From Nakamurella sp. (GTDB taxonomy: Bacteria > Actinomycetota > Actinomycetes > Mycobacteriales > Nakamurellaceae): a DNA stretch of 51,629 nucleotides. The notes below the pieces were generated by a model, which saw nothing but the letters and a program-made list of their open reading frames with translations, searched no databases and was not told where the DNA came from. Positions 1-9,960 of the stretch are shown one piece after another. The stretch spans positions 1-51,629 of the forward strand of contig JBDHZW010000001.1 of NCBI GenBank assembly GCA_039812105.1. The letters run 5' to 3'. Both the position numbers and the translations under genes were made by a program. The first letter of the stretch is position 1. The number at the start of each line of letters is the position of its first letter.

Positions 1-2
1 CC

Positions 3-1292
3 CCACCCGGCGGTCGACCGCCCGCGGCGGCCGCGAGCCCCGGACACCGGCACCGGGCGAACGGCCGGGTCCGGCGCCGGTCGGCGGTGCTGGTCGGGCT
101 GGCCGTGCTCGCGGTGGTGGCGACCCTGGTCGCGATCCTCGGGCCGTGGTCGGGCACCCGGCTCGAGTCGGGATCGGGCCGCCCGGCCGCCGTCCCCACG
201 GAGTCGAGCCCGGCCACCGACCTCGGCACCGGATCGAGCCGGTCCGCCGAGTCGACGCACGACCACGGCTCGTCCACCGCGACCGACGACCGGGGGTCCA
301 AGGGCGTCGTCGTCGCCACCGACGCGCCGACCGTGAACCCGCCCCCGGAGACCGCGCCGGCCACCGCGGCGCCGGCGGCGGCGGTCGCCATCCCGAGCGT
401 CGAGGGGCAGCCCCTGGCCGTCGGAGCGACCCCGGGCTCGGTCACCGTGACGCCCAACGGGCGGTTCGCGTACGTGGCCAACCGGGGCGCGGGCACGGTG
501 ACCGTGGTCGACACGAACCTGAACAAGGTCAGCGCCGTCATCCCGGTGGCCGAGGGCCCGCCCTGGTACGTGGCGTTCACCCCGGACGGCAGCCGGGCCT
601 ACGTCAGCGTCTACAACAGCGACAAGACGGTCAACAAGGTGGCCGTGCTGGACGCCCGCACCACCCGCGAGATCCGGTCCGTCGACGTCGACACCGCGCC
701 CTACGCGCTGGCCGTCACCCCGGACCAGAAGTACGTCTTCGTGCCCAGCCACGACACCGCCAAGATCGACGTCATCGACACCGCGTCGGATTCGGTCGTC
801 CGGCAGATCGACGTCCCGCACAACCCGCACGCGATCAAGTTCTCGCCCGACGGCCGGTACGCCTACGTCGCCAACCACGAGAGCAACCTGATCTCGGTGC
901 TCGACGTGGCCGCCGGCAGCGTGGTCAGCACCGTCGCGGTCGGCACCAGCCCGCACAGCCTGGCCCTGTCGCCGGACGGCACGCAGATCGCCGTGGCCTG
1001 CTACGACAGCAACGACGTCTACTTCGTCGACGTGGCCAGCGGCACCGTGACCGGCACGGCCACGGTCGGCAACCATCCGCAGGACATCGAGTACTCGGCC
1101 GACGGCGGATACGTCTACACCGCGAACGTGGACGGGAACAGCGTGTCGGTCGTCGACACGGCGGCCAAGACCGTCACCGCCACCATCCCGACGACCACCC
1201 CCACCAGCATCGCCGTCACCCCCGACGGGAGGCGGGCGTACGTGACCAACCTGGACGCCGGAACCCTGACGATTCTCAACACATCCGCGTGA
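3..1292 (+). CDS. Membrane-anchored YVTN/YncE-type beta-propeller protein, probably 5'-truncated by the window edge
   Basis: About 7 repeats of the type P..VAVTPDG..AYV.N....VSV.D. A TM helix (VLVGLAVLAVVATLVAILG) is followed by a Ser/Thr/Pro linker. The frame is open from position 3 (GTG at 87 is the first start in the window), so the gene may begin upstream. Confidence 0.85.
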   Translation, partial: PPGGRPPAAAASPGHRHRANGRVRRRSAVLVGLAVLAVVATLVAILGPWSGTRLESGSGRPAAVPTESSPATDLGTGSSRSAESTHDHGSSTATDDRGSKGVVVATDAPTVNPPPETAPATAAPAAAVAIPSVEGQPLAVGATPGSVTVTPNGRFAYVANRGAGTVTVVDTNLNKVSAVIPVAEGPPWYVAFTPDGSRAYVSVYNSDKTVNKVAVLDARTTREIRSVDVDTAPYALAVTPDQKYVFVPSHDTAKIDVIDTASDSVVRQIDVPHNPHAIKFSPDGRYAYVANHESNLISVLDVAAGSVVSTVAVGTSPHSLALSPDGTQIAVACYDSNDVYFVDVASGTVTGTATVGNHPQDIEYSADGGYVYTANVDGNSVSVVDTAAKTVTATIPTTTPTSIAVTPDGRRAYVTNLDAGTLTILNTSA

Positions 1293-1304
1293 CGGGGGCC
1301 CGGG

Positions 1305-1904
1305 TCAGCGCCGGTCCACCGCGTCCCGCAACGCGCTGAACGAGGCCACCAGCAGCCGCCGCTCGCGGGCCAGCAGCGGGTCGTCCGGCGAGCAGCCGGC
1401 GGCCACCCAGCGGTCTGAGGCGTCCATGGCGTCCACCCGCAACTGGGCGGCCGGTCGCACCGCGACGTCGGGCAGCCCGTAGACGTACGCGTAGAGATCG
1501 GTCAGCGCTCCGACGAGTTCGGGCTCGGTGACGCCGGTGTCGTGCTGGTGCTCCCGGTGCACCCGCCACCACCGGACCTCCAGCGTCGCTGCCCGTTCCG
1601 GGTCGAAGCCGCCCCACCCCGACCGGACCACCAGCCGGTAGAAGCGGCGCATCGCCGCCCGCGCGCCGTCGGGGTCGTTGTCCGGGTACGGCGCCCACCG
1701 CTGGTTGGCCCGCAGCACGTGCCAGGCCCCGGCCAGGGTGCGGCGCCACGGCATGCCGAACCCGGCCCGCACCATCGTCACCCCGGCTCGCAGGAACGGG
1801 ATCCACTCGCGCCGGTAGTACCCGGCCCAGGCGGCGCACTCGGCCCGGCCGACGACGACCGGGTCGAACGTCAGCGGGCCGGGCCGGGACAGGGCGGTTG
1901 TCAT
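1305..1904 (-). CDS. Hypothetical protein, 199 aa (MTTALSRPGPLTFDP...)
   Basis: ATG at 1904 preceded by a GGAGGT RBS. Trp/Tyr-rich globular sequence (AAWAGYYRREW, WAPYPDNDPDGA, LEVRWWRVHR) with typical GC3 usage. Confidence 0.75.
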   Translation of the reverse strand: MTTALSRPGPLTFDPVVVGRAECAAWAGYYRREWIPFLRAGVTMVRAGFGMPWRRTLAGAWHVLRANQRWAPYPDNDPDGARAAMRRFYRLVVRSGWGGFDPERAATLEVRWWRVHREHQHDTGVTEPELVGALTDLYAYVYGLPDVAVRPAAQLRVDAMDASDRWVAAGCSPDDPLLARERRLLVASFSALRDAVDRR

Positions 1905-1991
1905 TGCGACCTCCGTGGCAGGTTTGGCTGAATTGTCGGGGATGATTCGAGATGGGGCGATCCGTGGATGGGTCGGCCCCGAAGGACAGGC

Positions 1992-2744
1992 ATGACGATG
2001 ACGCTGGAACCCGGTGCGCCCGATACCACGAGCCCCATCGACCGCGTGATCGGCCGGATGCAGCGGATCCTCGACGCCATCCCGGCCGACCAACCGCACC
2101 GGCGGTTCTTCGCCGGGACGTACCTGCGGACCACCCGCGCCGTCGGTGACGCCGTGGATCAGGCCTCCTTCGAGGACCCGGACTGGGTGGAACGCTGGGA
2201 CGTCGCCTTCGCCAATCTCTACCTCGACGCGGCCGCCGACGAGGCGAACGCGCCCCGGCCCTGGCGCCTCGCCTTCGGCGCGCCGGCCGAGCTGCCGCAG
2301 ATCCGGCACGTGCTGCTGGGCATCAACGCGCACATCAACTACGACCTGCCGCCGGCCCTGCTTGCGGTGATCAGCGACGACGACGTCGCCGACCCGGTGC
2401 TGATGGCCCGCCGGCAGCGCGACCACGCGCGGATCGACGCGGTGCTGTCGTCCCGGGTCGGCCGGGAGGATGCCGAGTTCGTCGACTGGACGCTGCTCGA
2501 TCGGCTGCTGCGGCCGCTCAACCACCGGGCCAGCCGTCGCTTCCTGGCCGAGTCCCGGCGGAAGGTCTGGCACAACACCCTGCAACTGCAGCATGCCCGC
2601 GTCGCCGGTCCGGAGGCGTACCGCCGGCGCCTGGCCGAACTCGAGGTGCTGTCCGCGGCCAAGATCGTCGACCTGCTGGCTCCCGGTCAGGTGTTGCTGC
2701 GCCTGGCGGTCACCGGATTCGGTGTCGTCCTGCCGCCGGAGTGA
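1992..2744 (+). CDS. DUF5995-like family protein
   Basis: Motifs FAGTYLRTT, FEDPDWVERWDVAFANLYLDA, WRLAF and LLGINAHINYDLP. GAAGGA RBS before ATG 1992. Confidence 0.7.
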   Translation: MTMTLEPGAPDTTSPIDRVIGRMQRILDAIPADQPHRRFFAGTYLRTTRAVGDAVDQASFEDPDWVERWDVAFANLYLDAAADEANAPRPWRLAFGAPAELPQIRHVLLGINAHINYDLPPALLAVISDDDVADPVLMARRQRDHARIDAVLSSRVGREDAEFVDWTLLDRLLRPLNHRASRRFLAESRRKVWHNTLQLQHARVAGPEAYRRRLAELEVLSAAKIVDLLAPGQVLLRLAVTGFGVVLPPE

Positions 2745-2839
2745 CAAGCCGATCCACGAACGACGGATGCGCGTTGCGTCCGTGTGACAACGTTCGCGGA
2801 TGGCCGGGGCGGCCGTAGCCAGCCATTACCCTGAGCAGA

Positions 2840-4720
2840 ATGTGCGGAATCGTCGGCTACACCGGTCCTCGTCAGGCGCTGCCGCTGGTCCTGGAGGGAC
2901 TGCGCCGGCTGGAGTACCGGGGTTACGACTCCGCCGGCGTCGTGGTGATCGATCGGGCGGGCGGGCGGGACGGCGACCTCAGCCAGCTCAACCTGGCCAA
3001 GAAGGCCGGCCGGATCGGCAACCTCGAGGCCTACATCGACACCGGCGAGGTCGCGCTGGCCGGGCAGACCGGCATGGGTCACACCCGGTGGGCCACCCAC
3101 GGCGGGCCGACCGACCGCAACGCGCACCCGCACACCGACATGCACCGCCGGGTCGCCGTCATCCACAACGGCATCATCGAGAACTTCGCCCACCTGCGGG
3201 CCGAACTCGAGGCCACCGGCATCGAGTTCAGCAGCGACACCGACACCGAGGTGGTCGCCCACCTGCTGGCCCGGACCATGGCCGACGGCCCCACCGCCGG
3301 CGACCTGCCGGCCAGCATGGCGGCGGTCTGCCGGGGCCTGGAGGGCGCGTTCACCCTGGTCGCGATGCACGTGGACGCCCCGGAGACGCTGGTCGCCGCC
3401 CGCCGCAACTCCCCGCTGGTGGTCGGCATCGGCGAGGGCGAGATGTTCGTCGCCAGCGACGTCGCCGCGTTCATCGCGCACACCCGGCACGCCGTGGAAC
3501 TCGGCCAGGACCAGCTGGTGGTGATCGACCCGGACGGCTACCGGGTCACCTCGTTCACCGGCGGCGAACCGGACTTCAAGGAATTCCACGTCGACTGGGA
3601 CCTGTCGGCGGCGGAAAAGGGCGGGTTCGACTTCTTCATGGACAAGGAGATCGAAGAGCAACCCGCCGCCGTCGCCCAGACCCTGCTCGGCCACTTCGAC
3701 GGGTCCGGGATCGTGCTGGACGAGCTGCGGCTGTCCGAGGACGACCTGCGCACGATCGACAAGGTGTTCGTCGTCGCCTGCGGCACCGCCTACCACTCCG
3801 GCCTGGTGGTCAAGTACGCGATCGAGCACTGGTGCCGCATCCCGGTCGAGGTCGAGGTGGCCAGCGAGTTCCGCTACCGCGACCCGGTGCTCAACCGGGA
3901 CACCCTGGTGGTGGCGGTCAGCCAGTCCGGCGAGACCGCCGACACCCTGGAAGCGGTGCGGCACGCCCGCCGGCAGAAGGCCCGGGTGCTGGCCGTGTGC
4001 AACACCAACGGCTCGCAGATCCCCCGGGAGTCCGACGCGGTCGTCTACATCCACGCCGGCCCCGAGGTCGGCGTCGCGTCGACCAAGGCGTTCCTCGGCC
4101 AGCTGACCGCGAACTACCTGGTCGGGTTGGCCCTGGCGCAGGCCCGCGGCACCAAGTACCGCGACGAGATCGCCCGCGAGTACGAGGAACTCACCCGGAT
4201 GCCGGACGCGATCGCGACCACGCTGACGCTGATGGACCCGGTGCGCAAGCTCGCCCAGGAGATCGCCGCGTCCAAGGCGATCCTGTTCCTGGGCCGGCAC
4301 GTGGGGTACCCGGTGGCCCTGGAGGGTGCGCTCAAGCTCAAGGAGCTGGCTTACATGCACGCCGAGGGCTTCGCCGCCGGCGAGCTCAAGCACGGGCCGA
4401 TCGCGCTGATCGAGGAGGGGCTGCCGGTCGTCATCGTCACCCCGTCGCCGGTCACCGACCCGCTGCTGCACTCCAAGCTGCTGTCCAACATCCGGGAGAT
4501 CCAGGCCCGCGGCGCCCGGACCATCGTGATCGCCGAGGAGGGCGACGAGACGGTGGCGCCGTTCGCCGACTTCCTGGTCGAGCTGCCCCGGGTGCCCAAG
4601 CTGTACCAGCCGCTGGTGTCCACCGTGCCGCTGCAGATCCTGGCCGCCGAGATCGCCCGGGCCAAGGGCTACGACCTGGACAAGCCCAGGAACCTGGCCA
4701 AGTCGGTCACCGTCGAGTAG
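2840..4720 (+). CDS. glmS: Glutamine-fructose-6-phosphate transaminase (isomerizing)
   Basis: MCGIVG N-terminus, LEYRGYDSAG, GHTRWATHG, HNGIIEN, and C-terminal PRNLAKSVTVE. Confidence 0.99.
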   Translation: MCGIVGYTGPRQALPLVLEGLRRLEYRGYDSAGVVVIDRAGGRDGDLSQLNLAKKAGRIGNLEAYIDTGEVALAGQTGMGHTRWATHGGPTDRNAHPHTDMHRRVAVIHNGIIENFAHLRAELEATGIEFSSDTDTEVVAHLLARTMADGPTAGDLPASMAAVCRGLEGAFTLVAMHVDAPETLVAARRNSPLVVGIGEGEMFVASDVAAFIAHTRHAVELGQDQLVVIDPDGYRVTSFTGGEPDFKEFHVDWDLSAAEKGGFDFFMDKEIEEQPAAVAQTLLGHFDGSGIVLDELRLSEDDLRTIDKVFVVACGTAYHSGLVVKYAIEHWCRIPVEVEVASEFRYRDPVLNRDTLVVAVSQSGETADTLEAVRHARRQKARVLAVCNTNGSQIPRESDAVVYIHAGPEVGVASTKAFLGQLTANYLVGLALAQARGTKYRDEIAREYEELTRMPDAIATTLTLMDPVRKLAQEIAASKAILFLGRHVGYPVALEGALKLKELAYMHAEGFAAGELKHGPIALIEEGLPVVIVTPSPVTDPLLHSKLLSNIREIQARGARTIVIAEEGDETVAPFADFLVELPRVPKLYQPLVSTVPLQILAAEIARAKGYDLDKPRNLAKSVTVE

Positions 4721-4723
4721 CCC

Positions 4724-5140
4724 GTGCTGGTCCCGGATCCCCCGGCCGGCGCGAACGTCGTCGCCGTTGGCATCGACGTGGTCGCGGTCGACCGGTTCGC
4801 CGCCGCGGTGCGGCGCACCCCGAGCCTGGCCCGCCGGCTGTTCAACCCGGACGAGCAGGTCACCGGCACCGGTCACCCGCGCGGCCCGGCGTCGCTGGCC
4901 GCCCGGTTCGCCGTCAAGGAGGCGGTGGCCAAGGCGCTGGGGGTGCCGGCCGGGATGGACTGGCACGACTGCCGGGTCGTCTCGGAGTCGAGCGGCCGGC
5001 CGGTGTTGCAGGTCAGCCGGACCGTCGCCGACGCCGCCGCCCACCTCGGCATCACCGACTGGCGGATCTCCGTCTCGCACGACGCGGGCATCGCCGCCGC
5101 CGTGGTGGTCGCGCTCGGGCCGGGCAGGATGATGGCATGA
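4724..5140 (+). CDS. acpS: Holo-ACP synthase (4'-phosphopantetheinyl transferase)
   Basis: [26 protein letters not shown] and ISVSHDAG motifs. Position between glmS and nnr. Confidence 0.93.
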   Translation: MLVPDPPAGANVVAVGIDVVAVDRFAAAVRRTPSLARRLFNPDEQVTGTGHPRGPASLAARFAVKEAVAKALGVPAGMDWHDCRVVSESSGRPVLQVSRTVADAAAHLGITDWRISVSHDAGIAAAVVVALGPGRMMA

Positions 5141-5156
5141 ACGAGGTTGGTCGAGG

Positions 5157-6596
5157 GTGATCGAGGCCTACACCGTCGAACAGATCCGCGCCGTCGAGGC
5201 GATCGCCCTGGAGCGCGACGGGGACGCGACCCTGATGCGCCGAGCGTCCTTCGCGGTGGCCGCGGAGGTGGCCGAGCGGCTGCCGTTCCCGCATCCGGGG
5301 CGCCGGGTGGTGCTGCTCGTCGGGTCCGGCAACAACGGCGGCGACGCCCTGCACGCCGGCGCGTTCCTGCGCCGGCGGGGCATGCAGGTGACCGCGGTGC
5401 TGCTCAACCCGGACCGAACCCACGCCGGCGGCCTGGCGGCGCTGCGCCGATCCGGCGGCCGGGTCGGCCGCCACGACGACCCGGGCGTGGCCGCCGCGAT
5501 CAAGGCCGCGGACGTCGTCGTCGACGGGGTCGTCGGGATCGGCGCCACCCCGCCGCTGCGGGACGAGGCGGCCGAGCTGATCGGTCAGGCCAACGCCACC
5601 GACGCGCTGCGGGTCGCGGTCGACCTGCCCAGCGGCATCGAACCGGACACCGGCCGGGTCCGCGGCGTCGCCTTCCTGGCCGACGTCACCGTCACCTTCG
5701 GCGGGATCAAGGTCGGCCTGCTGATCGCCGACGAGCAGGCCGGCACCATCGTCTGCGTGCCGATCGGGATGGACATGACCGGCCGGCCGGCCGAGGTCAT
5801 CGCGATGACCGACGGCAGCCTGCGGCAGATGCTGCCGGTCCCCTCGCCGGCCGCGGACAAGTACAGCGGCGGGCTGGTCGGCGTCGTCGCCGGGTCACCC
5901 GGCTACCCCGGCGCAGCGGTGCTCTGCGTGGGCGGCGCCGTGCGCACCCGACCCGGCATGGTCCGCTACGCCGGCCCGCAGGCCGCCGCCGTCGTCGCCC
6001 GCTGGCCCGAAGCGGTCGCCGCCGACACCCCGGCCGACGCCGGGAAGGTGCAGGCGTGGGTGGTCGGGCCGGGCATGGGCACCGAGGGCCAGGCGATCAC
6101 CCTGCTGCGCTGGGTGCTCGGCCAGGACGTGCCGGTGCTGGTGGACGCGGACGGGCTGACCGTCCTCGCGGCGATGCCGAACCTGCTGCAGGCCCGGCGA
6201 CGGGCCGGCCAGCCGACCGTGCTCACCCCGCACGACCGGGAGTTCTCCCGGGTGTTCCCGGACATCGAGCTGGACGACCGGCTGGCCGCGGTCCGTCGCG
6301 CCGCCTGGGTCAGCGGGGCGACGGTGCTGCTCAAGGGGCACCGGACGCTGATCGCCGACCCCGGTGGGCAGGCCGCGGTGAACCTGTCCGGTTCGTCCTG
6401 GCTGGCCACGGCCGGGTCGGGGGACGTGCTGTCCGGCGTCGTCGGGTCACTGCTGGCCGCCGGGCTGCCGCCGCTGCTGGCCGCGAGCGCGGGCGCGTTC
6501 CTGCACGGACGGGCCGGTCAGCGGGCCCAGCGGGCCGGGTTGTACGGGGCGCACCAGCTCTGGGACCACCTCCAGGTGGACCCGGACCCGTCCTGA
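5157..6596 (+). CDS. nnr: Bifunctional NAD(P)H-hydrate epimerase/dehydratase (YjeF/Nnr)
   Basis: GSGNNGGD, DLPSG, AGSPGYPGAA, VGPGMG, VDADGL, LTPHDREF, LLKG and LATAGSGDVLSG motifs. Confidence 0.95.
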   Translation: MIEAYTVEQIRAVEAIALERDGDATLMRRASFAVAAEVAERLPFPHPGRRVVLLVGSGNNGGDALHAGAFLRRRGMQVTAVLLNPDRTHAGGLAALRRSGGRVGRHDDPGVAAAIKAADVVVDGVVGIGATPPLRDEAAELIGQANATDALRVAVDLPSGIEPDTGRVRGVAFLADVTVTFGGIKVGLLIADEQAGTIVCVPIGMDMTGRPAEVIAMTDGSLRQMLPVPSPAADKYSGGLVGVVAGSPGYPGAAVLCVGGAVRTRPGMVRYAGPQAAAVVARWPEAVAADTPADAGKVQAWVVGPGMGTEGQAITLLRWVLGQDVPVLVDADGLTVLAAMPNLLQARRRAGQPTVLTPHDREFSRVFPDIELDDRLAAVRRAAWVSGATVLLKGHRTLIADPGGQAAVNLSGSSWLATAGSGDVLSGVVGSLLAAGLPPLLAASAGAFLHGRAGQRAQRAGLYGAHQLWDHLQVDPDPS

Positions 6597-6719
6597 CGAG
6601 GTCACGCCGACCGGCCCATGCCCGAAATGTCGGGCAATGGTCACGGACTGTGCGACCCGACACGAAGGCACGCCACCGATGGACCCTCGACGCGCCGGCA
6701 AACGTGATTCCATCGAGGG

Positions 6720-7916
6720 GTGAACGTGGCCACCCCGGTACCGACGACGGTGCCGGCTGCGGCGCGCACCGGCGTGCGCGCCGAGGCGGTGGTGGATCTC
6801 GCGGCGGTCCGCGCCAACACGCGAACCCTGGTCGAGCTGATCCGCCGGGGCACTCCGGCGGCGAACGTGATGGCCGTGGTGAAGGCGGACGGGTACGGTC
6901 ACGGCGCCGTTCCGGTGGCCCGGGCCGCGTTAGCCGGTGGGGCCGCCCGGCTGGGCGTGGCCACCCCCGGCGAGGCGCTGGACCTGCGGGCCGCCGGCGT
7001 CACCGCGCCGATCCTGGCCTGGCTCTGGCCGCCCGGCGAGCCCGTCGCCGCGGTCCTGGCCGCCGATGTCGAACTCGGCGTGTCCGGACTGGCCCAGCTG
7101 GACGCGGTGCTCGCCCAGGCCGGGGCCACGGTCCCCGCCGTCCACCTCAAGGTGGACACGGGTCTGGGTCGCAGCGGTATCGGACCGGCCGAGCTGGCCG
7201 GGGTGCTGGACGCCGCGGCGGCCGCGCAGCGGGCCGGCCGGCTGCGGGTGGCCGGCCTGATGAGCCACCTGGCCAGCGCCGACGTGCCGGGGGATCCGTC
7301 GGTCGCGGAGCAGACCGGCCGATTCCGCCGGATCCTGGACGCGGCGGCGCAGCGGGGGATCCGTCCGCCGCTGCGGCACCTGGCCAACACCGCCGGCCTG
7401 GTCGACCACCCGGACACCCGGTTCGACCTGGCCCGGGTCGGCATCGGCCTGTACGGGCTGAACCCGGTCGACACCCCGGTGCCGCTGCGACCGGCGATGA
7501 CGCTGCGGTCGACGGTCGCGCTGACCAAGCGGGTGCCGGCCGGGCACGGCGTCTCCTACGGCCTGACGTATCGCACGGCCGCCGAGACGACGTTGGCGCT
7601 GATCCCGCTGGGGTACGCGGACGGCCTGCCGCGGGCGGCGGGCAACCGCGGCGAGATCCTGGTCGCCGGCCGCCGGCGGCGGATCGCCGGCCGGGTCGCC
7701 ATGGACCAGGTCGTCGTCGACTGCGGGGACGAGCGGGTGGCCGTCGGCGACCCGGTGATCGTCTTCGGGCCGGGGGACGACGGCGAGCCCACCGCGCGGG
7801 ACTGGGCCGGATACTGCGACACCATCGACTACGAGATCGTCACCCGCATCGGGCCGAGGGTGCCCCGACGCCACGTCGGATCACCCGAGGGGGAACCCGA
7901 AATGAGCTCGACATGA
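6720..7916 (+). CDS. alr: Alanine racemase
   Basis: AVVKADGYGHG (PLP lysine), HLKVDTGLGR, GYADG, GRVAMDQ and TIDYEIVTRIG motifs. Confidence 0.98.
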   Translation: MNVATPVPTTVPAAARTGVRAEAVVDLAAVRANTRTLVELIRRGTPAANVMAVVKADGYGHGAVPVARAALAGGAARLGVATPGEALDLRAAGVTAPILAWLWPPGEPVAAVLAADVELGVSGLAQLDAVLAQAGATVPAVHLKVDTGLGRSGIGPAELAGVLDAAAAAQRAGRLRVAGLMSHLASADVPGDPSVAEQTGRFRRILDAAAQRGIRPPLRHLANTAGLVDHPDTRFDLARVGIGLYGLNPVDTPVPLRPAMTLRSTVALTKRVPAGHGVSYGLTYRTAAETTLALIPLGYADGLPRAAGNRGEILVAGRRRRIAGRVAMDQVVVDCGDERVAVGDPVIVFGPGDDGEPTARDWAGYCDTIDYEIVTRIGPRVPRRHVGSPEGEPEMSST

Positions 7917-7926
7917 GCGCGGCGGC

Positions 7927-9111
7927 ATGAGCACGGTGGGCAGGATTCTGGGCACCGCCGGGATCGTCACCGGGGTGCTGGGCGCGGCCGCGCTCGGCGG
8001 CGTCACCGCGCAGCGGGTGGCGGTGCGCAAGGTGCAGTCCGCGCAGGCCGCACTGCTCACCGGGCCGGGCGTCGACCCGGACTTCGAGACGCTGACCGCG
8101 GACCGCAGCTATTCGGTGGACACCTGGGACGGGGTGGCGCTGCACGTCGAGGAGGTCGGCCCGCTCGACGCGCCGCTCACGGTGATCTTCGCGCACGGCT
8201 GGACGCTGCGCCTGGGATCCTGGCACTACCAGCGGCTGGCGCTGACCGGCCCCGGCTTCGGCGCGCCGCCGGAGGTCGAACCGGCCGGGTCCCGCAAGGC
8301 CCGGCGGGCGGCCGCGCCACCGACCGCCCGGCTGGTGTTCTACGACCACCGCTCGCACGGCAAGTCGACCCGGGCGCCCGAGGGTCATTCCACGATGGAC
8401 TACCTGGCCGCCGACCTGCACAGCATCATCGACACCGCGGCACCCACCGGCCCGGTCGTGCTGGTCGGGCACTCGATGGGCGGCATGGCGATCTTCACCC
8501 TGGCCGCGCAGGATCCGGAGCTGTTCGCCGAGCGGGTCGCCGGGGTCGGCCTGGTCTGCACCGGCGCGACCTACCTCAAGCCGTCCGAGCTGAGCAAGCT
8601 GCTGATCGCCGGCGGCAACCCGCTGGTCCGGGTGCTCAAGGAGGTCGGCTCGCGCTACCCGGCGATCTTCGAACGGGGCCGGGCCAGCGGCAAGGACGCG
8701 GTGTGGATGCTCACCCGCAGCCTGGGCTTCTCCCGCAAGGACGTGTCCGGGGCGCTGGTGGACTATCTGGACGAGATGGTGTCGGCGACTCCGGTCGAGG
8801 TGATCGCCGAGTTCCTGCCCACCCTGTTCGCGCACGACCAGACCGAGGCGGTGCCCGCGCTGGCCGGCATCCCCACCGTGATCGTCGCCGGCGACCAGGA
8901 CCGGCTGACGCCGCTGGACCGGTCGCAGCGGATCGCCGAGGTGCTCCCGGACGCCACGATCGTGGTCGCCGAGGGGTCCGGGCACATGACGATGATGGAG
9001 GATCCGGACGTCACCACCGAGGCCCTGCGATCCCTGCTGAACCGGGCCCTGGACCGGGTCCGCTCCCGGGAACCCCGCCGCCGTTCCCGGTGGACCAAGG
9101 CCCAACGGTGA
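7927..9111 (+). CDS. Alpha/beta-fold hydrolase (conserved alr neighbour)
   Basis: FAHGW oxyanion motif, YDHRSHGKS, GHSMGG nucleophile elbow, GDQDRLTP and SGHM. Hydrophobic N-terminus. Confidence 0.9.
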   Translation: MSTVGRILGTAGIVTGVLGAAALGGVTAQRVAVRKVQSAQAALLTGPGVDPDFETLTADRSYSVDTWDGVALHVEEVGPLDAPLTVIFAHGWTLRLGSWHYQRLALTGPGFGAPPEVEPAGSRKARRAAAPPTARLVFYDHRSHGKSTRAPEGHSTMDYLAADLHSIIDTAAPTGPVVLVGHSMGGMAIFTLAAQDPELFAERVAGVGLVCTGATYLKPSELSKLLIAGGNPLVRVLKEVGSRYPAIFERGRASGKDAVWMLTRSLGFSRKDVSGALVDYLDEMVSATPVEVIAEFLPTLFAHDQTEAVPALAGIPTVIVAGDQDRLTPLDRSQRIAEVLPDATIVVAEGSGHMTMMEDPDVTTEALRSLLNRALDRVRSREPRRRSRWTKAQR

Positions 9112-9121
9112 CCGCCCCCCT

Positions 9122-9206
9122 TCCCGCGCGGATCAACTACGCCGGCGCGGATCAACTCGCATCGAATGTGAACGGTGTGACGCGAGTTGCCGACTTCGTC
9201 CGCGCG
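9122..9206. repeat. Dispersed REP-like imperfect palindrome, copy 1
   Basis: Aligns without gaps to 47332-47416 (73/85 identical by hand count). Internal direct repeat GCGCGGATCAACT x2; termini CGCGCGGA...TCCGCGCG. Confidence 0.9.
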
Positions 9207-9225
9207 CGAGCGGGCGACGGGCCAC

Positions 9226-9327
9226 GGGCCGCCGACGAGGCGGGAGCCGCCGACGTGAAGAGAGCCGACGACGACGCGCGAGCCGCCGATGACCCGCGAG
9301 CCGCCGACAACGCGCGAGCCGACGATG
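9226..9327. repeat. 18-bp tandem repeat, about 5.7 degenerate units (GAGCCGCCGACNACGCGC)
   Basis: Units start at 9226, 9244, 9262, 9280, 9298 and 9316. Confidence 0.85.
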
Positions 9328-9849
9328 GATGAGGCGGTCCGGCCGACCGGCGCGACCGCGAGCGGCGGGGTCGTCCAACTGGCGACCGCCGCCGACACCC
9401 ACGACTTCGGGGTGGCCCTGGGCCGGCGGCTGCGGCCGGGCGATCTGGTGATCCTGTCCGGGTCGCTGGGGGCCGGGAAGACCGCCCTGACCAAGGGCAT
9501 CGCGCAGGGCATGGGCGTCACCGGGCTGGTCACCTCGCCGACGTTCGTCATCGCCCGGGTGCACCGCCCGGCCGACCCGGCCGGCACCACGCTGGTGCAC
9601 GTCGACGCCTACCGGCTCGGCGGCGCGGTCGAGCTGGACGACCTCGACCTGGACACCGACCTGACCCAGGCCGCCGTGGTCGTGGAGTGGGGCGAGGGCG
9701 TCGCCGAGCAGCTCGCCGACGATCACCTGCTGGTCGAACTCACCCGGCTGCCGGACGATCGGCGGATCGCCACTGTCTCGGCCACCGGTCCGGGTTGGGC
9801 GGCGCGACTCGCCGACCTGCGCACCGACTCCGGCGGCCGTCGGGTCTGA
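9325..9849 (+). CDS. tsaE: tRNA threonylcarbamoyladenosine biosynthesis ATPase TsaE
   Basis: LSGSLGAGKT P-loop, VTSPTFVIAR, HVDAYRL and VVEWGEG motifs. Start is uncertain (9289 or 9325). Confidence 0.95.
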   Translation: MDEAVRPTGATASGGVVQLATAADTHDFGVALGRRLRPGDLVILSGSLGAGKTALTKGIAQGMGVTGLVTSPTFVIARVHRPADPAGTTLVHVDAYRLGGAVELDDLDLDTDLTQAAVVVEWGEGVAEQLADDHLLVELTRLPDDRRIATVSATGPGWAARLADLRTDSGGRRV

Positions 9850-9960
9850 TGGGTCTTACGGTTCCGGGTCGGTCGGTCGCCGGGCCTGGCAGACCCGGGT
9901 GGTCGGACCTACGGTCGGGGTCGAGGTAGCGGATCGACACAGATTCGAAAGAGGTTCCGG

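Noticed and set aside
2745-2839. glmS ribozyme upstream of glmS
   Set aside because: The region is only 95 bp, has no recognisable ribozyme core, and a -10 element sits directly before the ATG.
9226-9327. Possible CRISPR array
   Set aside because: These are contiguous degenerate 18-bp units without unique spacers, and no cas genes are present.
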